In this document: one piece after another, positions 62,295 through 63,296 of the stretch
Layout: every line of letters starts with the position of its first letter
Numbering within the stretch: position 1 is the stretch's first letter
Assembly (NCBI GenBank): GCA_044360305.1
Contig: JBIKKQ010000002.1
Location: 1 to 63,296, forward strand
Length of the DNA: 63,296 bases
From: Pirellulales bacterium
GTDB lineage: Bacteria; Planctomycetota; Planctomycetia; Pirellulales; UBA1268
Direction: 5' to 3'
Notes under the pieces: model-generated
What the model was told of the DNA's origin: nothing
Database searches by the model: none
The model's input: the letters and a program-made list of their open reading frames with translations, nothing else
Position numbers and translations under genes: made by a program

Positions 62295-63296
62295 ATGCAC
62301 ACCGCGCCCCTATTCGCCAGAATCCCGAGGATGGTGACTCCGGACCGGATCGACCGGCGGTCGGTTCTCAAGGGGGTCACGCTCGGTGCCGGCGCGGTCG
62401 TGCTGCAGCCGTTCCTCCAGGGCCTGGCCGCCGAGGCCGCCGGCACGGCGGCTCCGCCGCGGGTGATCTTCTTCATCGAAAACAACGGGCTCTGGAAGTG
62501 GCATCTGCGGCCCACGGGGCCGGATGCCGAGAAGGTCGCGAAAGCGTTCGATCGGCCGCTGAACGGCGTGGATCTTCCGGAGGCCATCGCGCCCCTCGCG
62601 CCCCTCAGGGATCGGCTCACGCTGCTGCCGGGGGGTATTTCCTGCGTCAACTCGCAGTGCAACCACGGCGCCTCCTTCGGCGCCCTCGGCGCCTACAACG
62701 CGAATGTCGGCAGCGGCAAGGCGCCGCGGATGCAGACGATCGATCATGCGATCGCCGCCGCCCATCCGTCGATCATCCCGGTCGTCGGCCTCGGCGTGAG
62801 CGGCCATGCCGGCGTCTTCAAGGACACCGTTTCCGCATCGCGGCCGGGCCGGCCGCTGCCGATGATCCTCGAGCCGGACGTCGCCTTTCGCCTGCTCTTC
62901 GGCAGTGTGGCCGAGGGAGCGGCAGGCCAGGCGTTCCGTGCCCGGCAGGATCTCGTCGACTACGTGCGGTCCGACGTCCGCCGGGTGGCGAACGCCCTGC
63001 CGGCGATGGACAAGCAGAAACTCGAGGTCTACCTCGACACGTTCGAGCAGATGCGGGCCCGCCAGGAAAAGATCGATGCCATCCGGGATGACGTGCGGGC
63101 GGCCGCACCGTCGATCGACAAGTTCAAGAGCAACCTGCAGACCGATCGCTTCGAGGCCCAGTGCGCCATCGCGGTGGCTGCCCTCGCCTCCCGGCTGACC
63201 AACGTGGTCGTGCTCGACGCCTCCTGCGGGCCGCACAATTACAAGACGTGGAAGGAACTCGGAATCACGACCGATGGCCATGCGATCGGCCACACG
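62295..63296 (+). CDS. DUF1552-like Tat-signal protein, 3' partial
   Basis: Not in the track because the frame is open to the window end. ATG 62295 lies 7 nt after GGAGG. My translation MHTAPLFARIPRMVTPDRIDRRSVLKGVTLGAGAVVLQPFLQGLAA...PRVIFFIENNG... shows a twin-arginine signal and the layout I associate with planctomycetal DUF1552. The minus-strand ORF 62310..63293 has shadow-type composition. Confidence 0.7.
   Translation, partial: MHTAPLFARIPRMVTPDRIDRRSVLKGVTLGAGAVVLQPFLQGLAAEAAGTAAPPRVIFFIENNGLWKWHLRPTGPDAEKVAKAFDRPLNGVDLPEAIAPLAPLRDRLTLLPGGISCVNSQCNHGASFGALGAYNANVGSGKAPRMQTIDHAIAAAHPSIIPVVGLGVSGHAGVFKDTVSASRPGRPLPMILEPDVAFRLLFGSVAEGAAGQAFRARQDLVDYVRSDVRRVANALPAMDKQKLEVYLDTFEQMRARQEKIDAIRDDVRAAAPSIDKFKSNLQTDRFEAQCAIAVAALASRLTNVVVLDASCGPHNYKTWKELGITTDGHAIGHT

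Noticed and set aside
62310-63293. 327-aa minus-strand ORF at the right end of the window.
   Set aside because: Shadow-type composition. The + strand frame from ATG 62295 (with a GGAGG Shine-Dalgarno sequence) gives a Tat-signal DUF1552-like protein and stays open to the window end, so I call the + strand gene instead.

Overview
High-GC bacterial chromosomal segment, roughly 70 % G+C by eye with strongly GC3-biased codons. The gene content points to Planctomycetota (inference): an ECF sigma factor paired with a Ser/Thr kinase, DUF1552, DUF3299-like, DUF4239, a prenyltransferase-like toroid protein, type III glutamine synthetase, and many Pro/Gly/Cys-rich lipoproteins.

I can support about 55 protein-coding genes and one tRNA-Gly(GCC). 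One CDS is a 29-codon basic ORF that the >=60-aa track misses, and another is a 3'-open DUF1552 gene that the track also misses. I see no rRNA, CRISPR array, transposase, integrase or phage gene.

Housekeeping blocks:
- ffh-rpsP-trmD-rplS-yraN (no rimM)
- FHA-panB-DUF4239
- tRNA-Gly, tig, clpP, clpP
- a divergent GT-C / GT2 glycosylation pair
- gap
- apbE followed by a TolC-like gene
- glnN (GS-III) followed by rsmG
- an S41 peptidase

The most interesting part is an unbroken run of 20 + strand genes (19150-46800). It contains two clusters.
1. A MacB-type ABC transporter with a signal-peptide-CPFC protein and two DUF3299-like proteins (19150-24106).
2. An 11-gene, ~17.9-kb, translationally coupled operon in the centre of the window (28935-46800). 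It starts as a MoxR AAA+ / DUF58 / BatA-type core with three consecutive DxSxS (MIDAS-like) proteins. It continues with a 1246-aa low-complexity membrane giant, a duplicated pair of secreted helical proteins full of L(S/T)xxQ motifs flanking an alpha-toroid protein, and a 904-aa PDZ/repeat protein. I regard this as the best candidate for an undescribed envelope-associated system.

Other notable signals:
- a perfect 31-bp tandem repeat behind the mini-ORF
- a ~125-nt dispersed repeat bracketing the GT2 gene
- a 33/34-nt-phased GGACAGGCA triplet in the MoxR operon leader
- an ECF sigma / Ser-Thr kinase / beta-propeller / twin beta-barrel-like locus

All family assignments come from motif recognition by eye. 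No database search was run.
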